A program made the translations under genes and the position numbers. Positions 20,582 through 31,509 of a stretch of DNA of 64,000 nt are shown piece by piece. Where the stretch lies: positions 24,671 through 88,670 of IMG/VR virus record IMGVR_UViG_3300031951_000076. The stretch is one strand, 5' to 3'. Each line of letters begins with the position of its first letter. Position 1 is the first letter of the stretch. Source of the stretch: a virus. The notes beneath the pieces were generated by a model, which saw only the letters and a list, made by a program, of their open reading frames with translations, was not told the DNA's origin and ran no database searches.

Positions 20582-23500
20582 TACCTTGGAGATTTCAAAA
20601 GTTTTTGATTCGATAACTTTAATATATATTTTACATCGCCACTATTAAACTTTCTCATAAACACTCTATTCACATGATGTCTAAATTTCTTACGTTCAAT
20701 TACTGATTTATTATAATTAACATATAATGGATTAATTGTATATACATAGCCATTAGCTGATGTATTAAACATAGGGATGTTTACAGGATTATACTCACCT
20801 CTATTATTTGTTATATCCCAAAATTGATTAAATCTATATTTATTTTCTTCTTTAGAAAATTGAATAGATATTGAATTAGGTGATGTATTAATCCTTGGAT
20901 ATGTAAGCATACCTAACGGATCGTTTTTTGATTTTAAAAAAAGCTGTAGCAATCCTGAAATTTGTTCTGAATTATAAACAACAGCTTGATCAAAATTATC
21001 ATCTAAAACATGAAATTTATCTTTACAATTATTATGATATTTATACGCCTCAAGTAAATATTCAACACTTCTTACTGTGTTCACTTGTTGACCTGTCGCT
21101 GATATAAATTCAACTTCAAATGGATACGATACACCATAAAAATTACAATAGCTATTACATGTAGTATTATGATACCAAAGCGTATTATTCTTAGCTGTTA
21201 AAAAATGATTTTTTGTTGGTATTACAAAAGTAGGTACCCAATCATGAAAACTTATCCACGCTTCAGCTTTTGTATCATAACTAGCCGTCCAACTTGCATC
21301 TTCAAAATACGTTGTATTTGTAAGTGCAATTTGCGTAGTGGCATTTAAATAAAAATTACCATCTAAATCATATGGTTCACCTGTATCAGGATGTTGGTAT
21401 GTTAAAGTAACTTTAGGTCTAAAGTCTCTTTTGGAAAGATACAAAACTTCTGTGACATTATCATATATCATTGTAATACCAACACCTCTTACTATATTAT
21501 CATACAATGGATAATTAGGGAACTGTAGTAACAACTGAGATGGTAAGTACATAGAAAACCACCAACGCATACCTGTTGCTGATATTTCTTTCATTCTACC
21601 TGTATATTGAAAAACCTTACCTTGATTTTGACTTACCCAAAATACACCTTTTGTTGTATTCACTGAAGCATATCTACTTTGATTTGATCCGTATTCAAAA
21701 GGTGCATCTGTGTTTACAATTGATTGTAATTGGTTTTGACCAGTTTCAAAAAGCTTACCATCACCAACAGTTATCTTTGCATTTGAACCATCAAGTTGTA
21801 ACTCTTCCACACCCATAAATGACAAAGGACTTTCAGTTTGCATCATAAATAATGCACCTGTTTTATTTATAGGTTTTATAGATGTAACACGAGCTATAAA
21901 TTCTTTATAGTTGTTTACCAAAAAAGCTCTCCAATTATCTTTCTTACTATCTATTTGTTGAGGTAATGAATATATAACTTTATTTGCACTATACTTATAG
22001 CAATTTGCTGAAATAAAAGGATCATAATCTCTAGGTAAAACATTACCCCATGAGATATTACTATTGAATAGTTTTGAAACACTTAATGAGTAATCATATT
22101 TATAATAGTTTCCATTCTTTATAACATCACTTCTAAACATTCCATTATAATCAGTAAATCTGTAAAGATCATAATGTCTCTTAGAAACCTCTATTTCCCA
22201 ATCTCTATATGCAGTATTTACTTCTGATTCACAATAAAAAACTCTAACACCTGAATTAAACAAATAAAAATAACCTCTTGCAACATAAAAAGTACCCATA
22301 AATATATCGTCCAATCTTCTAAAACTACCTGCTGTTTGCCAAAGTTGCCCATGAAGAAATTGTGTGTTTGCCCAGAATCTAGGCCATGGTACATTTGCAT
22401 ATTTTGTGTAATCAATATCTGAACCAGCTCCTTCAAATTCACCCATTAACCATGTATTAAAAAAGAACATTGTATTCTTTTCAGAGAAAGGATTTATGTA
22501 TGTATCCCCACCAAATACTGTTTCAGTTGTTCTATATTTAATAATTGTTGCATTAGGTTGAGTTATATCTAATGTAAAAATACAATTAGAAATAGGTAGT
22601 TGTTTTACTGTTTCTAACTGACCATACTGACTTGGTAAAGCATACTTTAATGCACCATACCATGACGATATATTACTTTTAATTTGTGTTTCTAATTCTG
22701 AACGACCTGCACCATTTACTTCTGATTTAAGAAAACGACTGTTATCTGAAATTGTAGGATCAGCTATATCTGCAGCAGCAGTACCATTAGTTACATCAAG
22801 TACAACATATCTACTTCTAAATAAATTATTTATTTGATATTGTGTATTAAATTGTTGTATACCATTCCCTACATAATATGCTGAATTGATTCTTCGTCTT
22901 TGATTACCAGCAATATTATTAGGTTTTATTTGATCATAAATACCGTATGAATCATACTGACAAGAATATTGTCTATATGGTATTAAACCAATTATAAGTT
23001 TATAAAATTGCTCTTGAAGTGTCATTTGTTGATAAACAAATAAAATAAGTTGTAGAGCAACATTATAACCATTGATAGCATCATTTGCAAGATTTCTTTC
23101 TTTTGTTGTAATAGATGAGCTTGTAGCATTATCATCACCATCAATGTTCCAAAAACCTTCACCTGTTTGTGGTGTACTAATTGCACCTCCACCTATTTGA
23201 TTACTAAACGTAGTAAAAGATCCATATACTTGTGCTTGCAATCCAAAATTACCACCACTAAGAGCATCACCTTTAATTTCTAAAGGTTTTTGATGACCAT
23301 AATTTACATCATAACGCTTCTTTAAAAATATATTTTGATTAATATTTACTTCATTATCATTAGCAAAATTCCAATCAAAATCAGGACCATGTTTACCAGC
23401 TAATGCAGTAAATAAACTAGTAACTCCTACAAAACGTGATAATAGTGTAATAAAATCACTTAAAAAATCAGAAATAAATTTAAACTTAGGATGCTTGTAC

Positions 23501-25524
23501 GGTATCTTAAATTGACCATAAGCATTACCATGATGTTCTGAATATATTTTTAAATCATAAAGTGAAAGATATGGATTACTAAAACTTACATCAGGACTAT
23601 GAAATGAAAATATATTTCTTCTATATTCACTTAAAAGAGGTGTTGTTGCAGTTCTTATAACACCTAATGATGCTGATCCTGTAAGAGCACCTAAAGCAAA
23701 TCTATTATATGTTTCAGCATCCTCATACGTAGGTGTTAAATATGGATCTGGTCTAAGATCGTTATATGGATAATTTTGATATAAACCTTTTAATGGATTT
23801 CCTGGTATTGGGTATTCTCTCATGTTGTTAAGAAGACCCTTTGCTAAAATAGTTTTATTACCTTCTCTAGATCCACGTAATATTTGATATCCAACAATTG
23901 ATTCTATTGGTTGACCATTCTCATCTAAGGGCCATGAAATATTTTCAAACTCTACACCAAGTAAAACAATTTTTGAAGCATTTGTATTATGAATATTTAA
24001 TAAAGGACCTCTTGTTTCATCAGGCATTTTATGATGTCTGATTGGTTTACCACAAAGATTTAAAGGATTACCTGGTGTTGCAGGAAAACTATTCCATATG
24101 TTTGGTTTATCTGCTGGATAGTTTTCTGTTGATTGCCAATAAGCCATATCACCTCTTGCTACTTCTACTCCACCGTCTGTACGAATTACAGTTGGTACAG
24201 TTGGTGTGTATGTTGCTGTATTTTCTACACTCCATCTTGGACATAAACCTTCAAAACAAGAAACATTTTGTGTATCACTCACTGTTGATGGACGTCCAGG
24301 TATATGGTATGAATCACTAAACTCACCTGTATTATATACAAATCGTATAAAGAAAGCATACTGCTCATCTCTCATATAACCAACATTGTTATTACCTTGA
24401 AAGTAATAATCTGCTGGATATTCAATTGCAACCCATTTAGCTCTAATTTGATTAGCTAAAGGTTGATAATTAAATTTAAACTTACTATACACTCCTGTAC
24501 GTAATAAATAATCACCTACAGCATATAGTGCATCAGATTTTTCAACAGGTTCTGTTCTCAATACCACTTGAGAAATTGGAACATCTACAAACTCTGGATT
24601 CCATCTATCAACATAAATTGTACCTTGAGATGTAGAATAGTAACCTATTCTTTTTGCTACTGTTTGCTGATTTATGTTAGCTAATATAACTAACTCAAAT
24701 TCATCAAAATCTTTATCAATGTTTGTAATATTAATTGTTAAAGAACAAGCCGTATTTTGGTTATCAAACAAACCTTGAACTTGAGTCAATCCAATATAAT
24801 CTGTAAACCTCACTTGATTAACAGTATATCCTATACAAGCTTGATAAGATCCATTTGGAAGAGTACCAGCTAGCCTTCCTTTTGATATTCTAATACAAGG
24901 GTGTGTTAATAAAGGGGCAATTCTAATTGCCTCACAGTCTAAAATTCTTAGACCTGGGTTTAAACTTGTTGGAGATGTATCAAATGTTCTAACTCTACAT
25001 CCATTAGGAAAGGTGTCTACATATTTCCATGGTACATCATCAATATTCATTGTTCTTGTAGGATTTAAACCATCATCCCAATAAATAATTGTACCACAAT
25101 CATACCTAATGCGATTCGCTGCTGTAATTAAATTTGTTGTTTTAAAATTTAAACAATCATCATTAACTATTTTTTCATATTTACAAAGAGATTCTGTAAA
25201 CTTTCCTATCTCTGATTTTGTGTTATTTGTCATAAATAACACCCATTCATCACCAGCAATATGTGTTGCACCTATCAGTGTATAAGGAAGATCAACGCAT
25301 TTTATATTAGAAGGTTCATTTCCAATAACCCCCATTTGACCATCATGTGAATTATTTACAGCATTGCGCGCATGCGTGTATAACCCATCACCTACAAATA
25401 ATTCATTGTAGTCTTTGAGCATACCTTTGTTGAAAGTGTTTGTAGTAATGTCGCTTGTACTACTACTACTACTATCTACACTTTCATCATCGTCATCAGT
25501 CTTACGTTTTTTGCTTTTAGCCAT
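20581..25524 (-). CDS. Tail stabilisation / muzzle protein (P22 gp10-like, crAss-like)
   Basis: 1647 aa; N-terminal NTFNKGMLKD, YWDDGLNP, GYMRDEQYAF, FGGDTYI, WISFHDW motifs typical of crAss-like muzzle proteins; follows the ring-protein genes. Confidence 0.8.
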   Translation of the reverse strand: MAKSKKRKTDDDDESVDSSSSSTSDITTNTFNKGMLKDYNELFVGDGLYTHARNAVNNSHDGQMGVIGNEPSNIKCVDLPYTLIGATHIAGDEWVLFMTNNTKSEIGKFTESLCKYEKIVNDDCLNFKTTNLITAANRIRYDCGTIIYWDDGLNPTRTMNIDDVPWKYVDTFPNGCRVRTFDTSPTSLNPGLRILDCEAIRIAPLLTHPCIRISKGRLAGTLPNGSYQACIGYTVNQVRFTDYIGLTQVQGLFDNQNTACSLTINITNIDKDFDEFELVILANINQQTVAKRIGYYSTSQGTIYVDRWNPEFVDVPISQVVLRTEPVEKSDALYAVGDYLLRTGVYSKFKFNYQPLANQIRAKWVAIEYPADYYFQGNNNVGYMRDEQYAFFIRFVYNTGEFSDSYHIPGRPSTVSDTQNVSCFEGLCPRWSVENTATYTPTVPTVIRTDGGVEVARGDMAYWQSTENYPADKPNIWNSFPATPGNPLNLCGKPIRHHKMPDETRGPLLNIHNTNASKIVLLGVEFENISWPLDENGQPIESIVGYQILRGSREGNKTILAKGLLNNMREYPIPGNPLKGLYQNYPYNDLRPDPYLTPTYEDAETYNRFALGALTGSASLGVIRTATTPLLSEYRRNIFSFHSPDVSFSNPYLSLYDLKIYSEHHGNAYGQFKIPYKHPKFKFISDFLSDFITLLSRFVGVTSLFTALAGKHGPDFDWNFANDNEVNINQNIFLKKRYDVNYGHQKPLEIKGDALSGGNFGLQAQVYGSFTTFSNQIGGGAISTPQTGEGFWNIDGDDNATSSSITTKERNLANDAINGYNVALQLILFVYQQMTLQEQFYKLIIGLIPYRQYSCQYDSYGIYDQIKPNNIAGNQRRRINSAYYVGNGIQQFNTQYQINNLFRSRYVVLDVTNGTAAADIADPTISDNSRFLKSEVNGAGRSELETQIKSNISSWYGALKYALPSQYGQLETVKQLPISNCIFTLDITQPNATIIKYRTTETVFGGDTYINPFSEKNTMFFFNTWLMGEFEGAGSDIDYTKYANVPWPRFWANTQFLHGQLWQTAGSFRRLDDIFMGTFYVARGYFYLFNSGVRVFYCESEVNTAYRDWEIEVSKRHYDLYRFTDYNGMFRSDVIKNGNYYKYDYSLSVSKLFNSNISWGNVLPRDYDPFISANCYKYSANKVIYSLPQQIDSKKDNWRAFLVNNYKEFIARVTSIKPINKTGALFMMQTESPLSFMGVEELQLDGSNAKITVGDGKLFETGQNQLQSIVNTDAPFEYGSNQSRYASVNTTKGVFWVSQNQGKVFQYTGRMKEISATGMRWWFSMYLPSQLLLQFPNYPLYDNIVRGVGITMIYDNVTEVLYLSKRDFRPKVTLTYQHPDTGEPYDLDGNFYLNATTQIALTNTTYFEDASWTASYDTKAEAWISFHDWVPTFVIPTKNHFLTAKNNTLWYHNTTCNSYCNFYGVSYPFEVEFISATGQQVNTVRSVEYLLEAYKYHNNCKDKFHVLDDNFDQAVVYNSEQISGLLQLFLKSKNDPLGMLTYPRINTSPNSISIQFSKEENKYRFNQFWDITNNRGEYNPVNIPMFNTSANGYVYTINPLYVNYNKSVIERKKFRHHVNRVFMRKFNSGDVKYILKLSNQKLLKSPR

Positions 25525-25879
25525 GTTTTACTTGTAATTTCTTCTTATCAAGAAACTTATATATTCTACCTGTTATATGCCCTGCTAACCAAGCCTGAGC
25601 TTCTTCATCGTTTATAGATCTGTCTCTAGTTACAGCTTTAACAGCATGATAAACTTCGTGACCAATTGTGTTATGACTTAGATATTTAACATCAACCAAT
25701 AGATAGTATTTATCTATGTCAATCGATAACATCATTCCTTCACTTTCACCTGCATCTCTTGGACCTCTTAAACCATGTTTTTTATACACCTTCTTTGTCT
25801 CCACTTTTAATTGATCTGTTACAATTAAAGTGAGGCTACAACTATAAGTTTCTAACTTAATAGTGTGCGAAGTTTTCAT
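25517..25879 (-). CDS. Small zincin-like metallopeptidase-domain protein
   Basis: IGHEVYHAV (HExxH at 25646-25660) plus downstream DEEAQAWLAG. Confidence 0.7.
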   Translation of the reverse strand: MKTSHTIKLETYSCSLTLIVTDQLKVETKKVYKKHGLRGPRDAGESEGMMLSIDIDKYYLLVDVKYLSHNTIGHEVYHAVKAVTRDRSINDEEAQAWLAGHITGRIYKFLDKKKLQVKHG

Positions 25880-25881
25880 AA

Positions 25882-26808
25882 TTAAAATGGTTCAACTGAC
25901 TTAAACATATCGTAATACTTAGAATACATTGCTTTTCTATTAGTTTTCCAAAGTGTATACATCTCTGAAAAATTTGGTGTATTTACAATAGTTAATGCGT
26001 TGTTTCTTGCAGCTCTTACTCTTGGTTCAAGCAATTGTATTTTTTGAGCAACATCTTCTCCATTAATAAATAAGTTTTCAAGAATGCGCTGTTTAATAGC
26101 ATATTCATAGTATTCATTAATCATTGGGTGATCAACAACTAAAAGATTACCATCATCATCCTCAAGTGTACCCTCGTATGAAATAAATACTTTACGATCA
26201 GTTTTTAAATTTACTACACCATAATCTGGGTAATCTTGATATCTTGGAACATCCATATACTTTTCACCAAGATCTATATATATAAAACCATTCTTTATAA
26301 AAGCTGATTTATATGTGTTATCTGTTGCATCTTTTTTACCAGAGGATGGTGAAACACCTATTCTTTCAACAAGATTATATGTTCTTGTTTCAAATTTTCT
26401 TTTTTCTACAACTTGTACAAATATTCTTTCTCCTGTTTTGCATTCTACAGTGTATGTATGCTCACACCCACAAACACTCTCCTGTGAACCACATCTACCA
26501 CATCTAGGTAAAACAACATTTTCAGTTTGTCTTCCAGAAAGAACTTCTCTTGTAACGGTGGTGTCACTACATAAGTAGGCATAATTTAATACATAGAAAT
26601 CATCAGGAAGTCTAGATTTACCATGGCTCAGATCTAATACAACTTCTTTTGTACCATGAATACGCAATCCTAAATCATAATTAACCCGTTGTACAACTTT
26701 GATTAACTGACTTGGTTCAATAAAACCTTCCAAACTATACGTAGTAAAGTCAGCGGCAACTTCATTTAGTAACTGATCGAGTGTTCTATATTTTAATTCG
26801 GTGTTCAT
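25882..26808 (-). CDS. Tail ring/tubular protein (P22 gp4-like, crAss ring-type)
   Basis: LPDDFYVL, FISYEG...DDDGNLLVVD motifs; position just upstream of the muzzle gene. Confidence 0.7.
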   Translation of the reverse strand: MNTELKYRTLDQLLNEVAADFTTYSLEGFIEPSQLIKVVQRVNYDLGLRIHGTKEVVLDLSHGKSRLPDDFYVLNYAYLCSDTTVTREVLSGRQTENVVLPRCGRCGSQESVCGCEHTYTVECKTGERIFVQVVEKRKFETRTYNLVERIGVSPSSGKKDATDNTYKSAFIKNGFIYIDLGEKYMDVPRYQDYPDYGVVNLKTDRKVFISYEGTLEDDDGNLLVVDHPMINEYYEYAIKQRILENLFINGEDVAQKIQLLEPRVRAARNNALTIVNTPNFSEMYTLWKTNRKAMYSKYYDMFKSVEPF

Positions 26809-27482
26809 GTTGTTGCACTATTTTGTTTATCAATAGCTGTATCAGGTGGTATTTGATAAGTCATCATCAAATCTTTCATTACTTGAGCTTCTAACTCACC
26901 AAACAAGTAGTCTGGAATGTTAAAAGATTGATCTTGTCTAGTTATGCAATCATCTTCTTTACATGTCCATAAACTAATATCATCTTCAAAAATTCCTTCT
27001 ATTCTAACAGCATCCCATTCTAAGTTTGGAAAGTATAAGTAATCATCTAAAAACCAATAGTATTTAGCTTTATTATATTTAAATGTAGATCCATTAGATA
27101 ACCTAACATAGTTTGTAGATGTAGTAGGTTGTAAAATATCAGAGTTGTCAATAGATGTAACAGCTCTAATAAGAGGACCAAAATATCCTTGCATAAAAAC
27201 AGGAAGTTTGTCTTTTGTACGTTTAATTGTACAATCTGCTTTTATACCTGCACAACAACCTTCCACTTTATCTACTTCTACAAGTTCTACACAATCAAGA
27301 GTTTGCATAGCTGAAGAAAAAACCATTAGTTTATTCTTGCTATCTTCACGTTTCATTAACCATTTTGCATGCTTTATTACAAATGAATAAAGCATACGAT
27401 CAGTCATAAACGCATCTTGTTTGTTCGTTTTTAACTGATTACGCAAACGTGATAGAACATCTCCAATTGTAACTCTAGCCAT
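26805..27482 (-). CDS. Tail ring protein (crAss ring-type)
   Basis: QTLDCVELVEVD, IKRTKDKLP, YYWFLDDYLYF, VRIEGIFED pattern; synteny. Confidence 0.7.
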   Translation of the reverse strand: MARVTIGDVLSRLRNQLKTNKQDAFMTDRMLYSFVIKHAKWLMKREDSKNKLMVFSSAMQTLDCVELVEVDKVEGCCAGIKADCTIKRTKDKLPVFMQGYFGPLIRAVTSIDNSDILQPTTSTNYVRLSNGSTFKYNKAKYYWFLDDYLYFPNLEWDAVRIEGIFEDDISLWTCKEDDCITRQDQSFNIPDYLFGELEAQVMKDLMMTYQIPPDTAIDKQNSATT

Positions 27483-27483
27483 T

Positions 27484-28068
27484 TTAATCTAAATTAAATT
27501 CGTCATAATTTTGAAGTAAATCTTCAATTTCTATTTTTCTTTCAGAAGCTATTTTATCTTTTCTAAAAATCTTACTCACCCTAACCATATTATCTACAAG
27601 AACATATTTTTTCCAATCTTCTCTGTAAGCTTTTCCAAGACTTCTAGTAAAATCTCTCACTCCTTTAAAACCCCACAAATCATGATTTTTAAATCTATAT
27701 TTAGTTTCATAATTTGTATAAAATATCTTTGCTAAATGTTGATCTGATTCCCAATTTTGATTCTGAAGTACAAAACCGTATTTCTCACTTTTCTTAAAAT
27801 CAACATTACTTTTCTTTTTAGGACAGCTACCAATAAATATATAACCTAGTTGTTCAGGAAGTTGTATACCATTTCTATCATTTAACGCAGTTTCCCAGAT
27901 AAGACCATTAAAAGTTGATATTATATTTTTAAAACTATTTACAGATAGATTATTATACTTTGGGTTTTCTTCCAAAAATTTATTATAAAAATCTGTATTA
28001 GTTAAATTTAACTTTTTAGGTCTGTAGCGAGGCGCTGTTAAGTCTGGCTTTTTATATTTTTTTGGCAC
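27484..28068 (-). CDS. IHF/HU-like DNA-binding protein (crAss-like)
   Basis: Basic protein, GIQLPEQLGYIFI resembles the IHF/HU beta-arm; located among tail genes as in crAss-like phages; GTG start. Confidence 0.65.
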   Translation of the reverse strand: MPKKYKKPDLTAPRYRPKKLNLTNTDFYNKFLEENPKYNNLSVNSFKNIISTFNGLIWETALNDRNGIQLPEQLGYIFIGSCPKKKSNVDFKKSEKYGFVLQNQNWESDQHLAKIFYTNYETKYRFKNHDLWGFKGVRDFTRSLGKAYREDWKKYVLVDNMVRVSKIFRKDKIASERKIEIEDLLQNYDEFNLD

Positions 28069-28119
28069 AATCTTACATTATTAATTTACAAAAAATCTAC
28101 GAAGTTTCCTAAGTAAACT

Positions 28120-29337
28120 TTAATTGTTTACATTATACGTAAATTCAGATATTTTTCCTTTTTCAATATCATGCACTTCCATAACTGCTTGGCGTTTAGA
28201 ACCAGTATATTTGTTGTGGTAATGCCAGTAGTCAGTAGAACAAAGGCTAGGAAGATGTTTAACAGCAAAACCATTGGTTTCATTTTCACTGACATATTCT
28301 GTTGTTTTTTTAGAATGAAAGTGTCCTGTGTAGCATGTACGATACTTTGTTTTGCCCCAAGAAATTGGAAACTCAGTTGCATAAATAAGTGGCGTGTTCT
28401 TTTTATTAACATCACCGTGTTCAAAAGCAAAAAAGTTGTGACCATACACCACAACTTTTCTTTCTGAATATTCTACATCAAAATAGATTGAGTAGTCTTC
28501 CTTATCAAAACACTTAGATAGTGCGTGAGCCAAATGGTAAGAACTAAGTCGATCGTGATTACCAGGAACATAAACTACATGAAGATTTTCACAAAACTGT
28601 TTAAGATAGCATATAGACCAATATAAAGAATCAAATGCTTTTGTATATGCTTCATGAGCACGCAATTCATTGTTTACTGGAGTACCTGATGTTGTTGTAC
28701 CATTAAAAGTATCCATATTTAAAAGATCGCCACCAATTACGTAAACAATTTTGTTTAGTTTATGAGACATATATGCTCTATGTACAAGATCTTTTATAGC
28801 TACTTTAAAGTTTTCTACTATATCATCATTATGCTCTTTACCAAAGTGCAAGTCTTGTATTGATAAAATACTAACAGTGTCGTTTTCAAACTTATTATTT
28901 AGGTATATTTCACCTGTAACTGGTTGATAATCAGGCTGAAAATTAGCTATTACATCAGCTAATATATCTTTTTGATCCTTTTTTATAGCTGTGACAAAAG
29001 CTGATATATGCCAACCATCATGCTTTTGCTTATTCCAATAGTTACTTAGTTTCCATTTAGTTGTATCTATTTTAAGGAGTTCTATTATTTCTTCTGCAGT
29101 CTTTGGCTCTACAGAAAATACTCCTTTTATCTCAGCCTCACCTTTGTTTAAATCTTCTTTAACTTCTGTAATTCTATCTTTAATTACTGGTTGCAAATCA
29201 ATATCAACCCACCTTGTTCTTAAAATTTCTTTTTTGATTTCTTTGTACTTTTGTATAGAAATACCTAATTTTACAGAACAGTAGTAGTCTGATTTTTTCC
29301 ACTTAAGTGAGTTTTTAACTTGCTCGTGAAGATTCAT
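28120..29337 (-). CDS. Calcineurin-like metallophosphoesterase with N-terminal extension
   Basis: All five motifs present: DLHFG, GGDLLN, PGNHD, EHGD, GHFH. Confidence 0.85.
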   Translation of the reverse strand: MNLHEQVKNSLKWKKSDYYCSVKLGISIQKYKEIKKEILRTRWVDIDLQPVIKDRITEVKEDLNKGEAEIKGVFSVEPKTAEEIIELLKIDTTKWKLSNYWNKQKHDGWHISAFVTAIKKDQKDILADVIANFQPDYQPVTGEIYLNNKFENDTVSILSIQDLHFGKEHNDDIVENFKVAIKDLVHRAYMSHKLNKIVYVIGGDLLNMDTFNGTTTSGTPVNNELRAHEAYTKAFDSLYWSICYLKQFCENLHVVYVPGNHDRLSSYHLAHALSKCFDKEDYSIYFDVEYSERKVVVYGHNFFAFEHGDVNKKNTPLIYATEFPISWGKTKYRTCYTGHFHSKKTTEYVSENETNGFAVKHLPSLCSTDYWHYHNKYTGSKRQAVMEVHDIEKGKISEFTYNVNN

Positions 29338-29382
29338 ATGTTAATGGGTTTGTTTAATAAAATTAACATTTGTTTTTTAAAT

Positions 29383-29420
29383 AAAAAAATATAGCCCCAA
29401 CGTAGACACGCCAGGGCTGT
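29383..29420 (-). terminator. Rho-independent terminator after the glycosyltransferase cluster
   Basis: Minus strand AGCCCTGGCGT-GTCT-ACGTTGGGGCT hairpin followed by a T-run. Confidence 0.7.
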
Positions 29421-29453
29421 TTGTCAGGATGAAACCAACAAAACCTGACTTTT

Positions 29454-30773
29454 TTATTCAAAAGATATATCAAAAAAGTTACCTCTTTGTTTTATATCAT
29501 CTGTGTTAATTCCTTTGTAATTTAAAAAAGGAATAACATCTATATAAAACTGTTCTTGATCTTCTTTCCAACCTGGGTGAAAAGAAATATGCATTGGTAC
29601 ATTTAAATCCCAAAGAACTGATTTTTCTTTCAGCAGTTCTTGTTCATGACCTTCAACATCTATTTTTATAACAGAGATATTACTTTCAGATAGGTTATAT
29701 TTTTCTAAAATTTCTTTAATTGAAATACAATCAACTGATATTAAATTTTCTGTAGCTGAATCTCTTGTAATACTTTCCCCTAAAACAGCAGAACCTAATT
29801 GTAATTTAGTTTTTGTAGAAACAGCTTTGTCTTCTAAAATAATATTTGATATATTATTTAATTTAATATTTTCTACAAACTCTGCATGAGCAACTGGATC
29901 AGGTTCAAAACATATACAGTTCTTTGAATATTTTGAAGCTACTAATGATATAGGACCTATCCACGATCCTATATCTATAAATGTTTTATTTTTATCAAGT
30001 TTTGGAACAATAAAATCAAAGGTTGATTGTTCCCACCAAGAATAATGATCTAACCAAAATTTTGTTGTAACTGGTGTATTTTGTACATTAAATTCCAAAC
30101 CACCTTTATTTACCTTATGACTCATATTAATAGTTGATTTTAATTTGGTTCCCCAACATGATATACTTGATGCTGCAGTGTTTAAATAATATTTCCATTC
30201 ATCTGTAATATTTTCATCTGTTAAATACCACGGTGTGTGTTTTATACAATATGGTTTATCTAATCTTAAGGCATCATATGCAAAACCAGAAAATGGTCTA
30301 TATAAAGCAAATGTTGTATCAATATGAGCATCCCATCCAATATCTTTTCTGTTTATCCAATACTTACTTTCCCATTCTCTTGCTTGCCTTCCTATTTCTG
30401 TTTCAGGTAAATCACTTATATCTAATGAAAATCCAACTTTAAAAACATCAGTGTTTTCTAAAACATTAATCATTTTATCAAGCCAATCATTTGGAACGTC
30501 ATCATACAAGCAATCTGAATCAGCTATTATAAAATAGTTATCGTTAAAGTAAGGTCTTAATTGATCACCCCATACAGAATGGGGACCATTATTTTGACTA
30601 GAATAAACAACAGTTACACCTGAGTTATTATAATATTCTAATAATGGAGGATATGTAGATTGCTGATCAAAAATTACAATCTCAATTCTTGGTTCTTTTA
30701 AAAGAAAGTTAACAGCGTTTTTTAAAGAACTAATGAGATTTCTATTGACAATAAATGCTTTAATCTTTTTCAA
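29454..30773 (-). CDS. GT-A (GT2-like) glycosyltransferase fused to FkbM-family SAM-dependent methyltransferase
   Basis: N-half: IVNRN, FDQQSTYPPLLEYY, ADSD (DxD), AHIDTTFALY. C-half: FIDIGSWIG, CFEPDP, IKIDVEGHE (FkbM signatures). Confidence 0.85.
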   Translation of the reverse strand: MKKIKAFIVNRNLISSLKNAVNFLLKEPRIEIVIFDQQSTYPPLLEYYNNSGVTVVYSSQNNGPHSVWGDQLRPYFNDNYFIIADSDCLYDDVPNDWLDKMINVLENTDVFKVGFSLDISDLPETEIGRQAREWESKYWINRKDIGWDAHIDTTFALYRPFSGFAYDALRLDKPYCIKHTPWYLTDENITDEWKYYLNTAASSISCWGTKLKSTINMSHKVNKGGLEFNVQNTPVTTKFWLDHYSWWEQSTFDFIVPKLDKNKTFIDIGSWIGPISLVASKYSKNCICFEPDPVAHAEFVENIKLNNISNIILEDKAVSTKTKLQLGSAVLGESITRDSATENLISVDCISIKEILEKYNLSESNISVIKIDVEGHEQELLKEKSVLWDLNVPMHISFHPGWKEDQEQFYIDVIPFLNYKGINTDDIKQRGNFFDISFE

Positions 30774-31509
30774 GAAAATCTTTTAAAAGTTGTTTATAAT
30801 CTTGTTCCCAATGTGGGTTCAAATATACATCACCTGTAGGAACATAACCTAACTTACGCATGTATTCAACATGTTCACTATGTCTTTGTATCACATTTGG
30901 TCTGTCACTAGTATCTGTACCTGCACCACTCATATGATAACTTCTACCTCCCCACATATAAAACCAACTCACTTCATTGTCTGGTGGAGCAGCAAATACA
31001 ACATTTTGTGAATTATATCGAATATTCATTACAAATGTCATATCATATCCTGCATTCTCATGTGGATGTTTTCCAAGATTTTCCCAAATTCTTTTACTAT
31101 AAACAATGCCTGAATTACCTAATCCTGTAATATCAGTAATTGCTTTATTGTTAAAGAAAACTCCACGATGCCAGTGTAAAAGATCTGTATCTTCTTTAAA
31201 ATACTTTGCAATATTTGTTAGATGATTTGGAAGTGCAACATCGTCATCGTCCCAAACTGCAATTATATTAGATGAACATTGACTTACAGCAAAGTTTTCT
31301 TTTTCACCAATTGTTTGAAATGTGTAATCTAAATTATAAATTTTTATTTCAGGATGGTCAAAGATTAATTTTTGTAAAGGGTAATCGTTTACAATAATCA
31401 TTTCTTTTTTACCAGGATAGTCTTGATTAATAAAAGAATAAATACTTTCTTCTAATAAATCCACTCTACCATACGTTATACATTTTGCAGATATAAAAGG
31501 ATAATTCAT
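30760..31509 (-). CDS. Glycosyltransferase family 2
   Basis: CITYGR...SFINQDY...IIVND and VWDDDD (DxD) GT2 pattern. Confidence 0.85.
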   Translation of the reverse strand: MNYPFISAKCITYGRVDLLEESIYSFINQDYPGKKEMIIVNDYPLQKLIFDHPEIKIYNLDYTFQTIGEKENFAVSQCSSNIIAVWDDDDVALPNHLTNIAKYFKEDTDLLHWHRGVFFNNKAITDITGLGNSGIVYSKRIWENLGKHPHENAGYDMTFVMNIRYNSQNVVFAAPPDNEVSWFYMWGGRSYHMSGAGTDTSDRPNVIQRHSEHVEYMRKLGYVPTGDVYLNPHWEQDYKQLLKDFLEKD

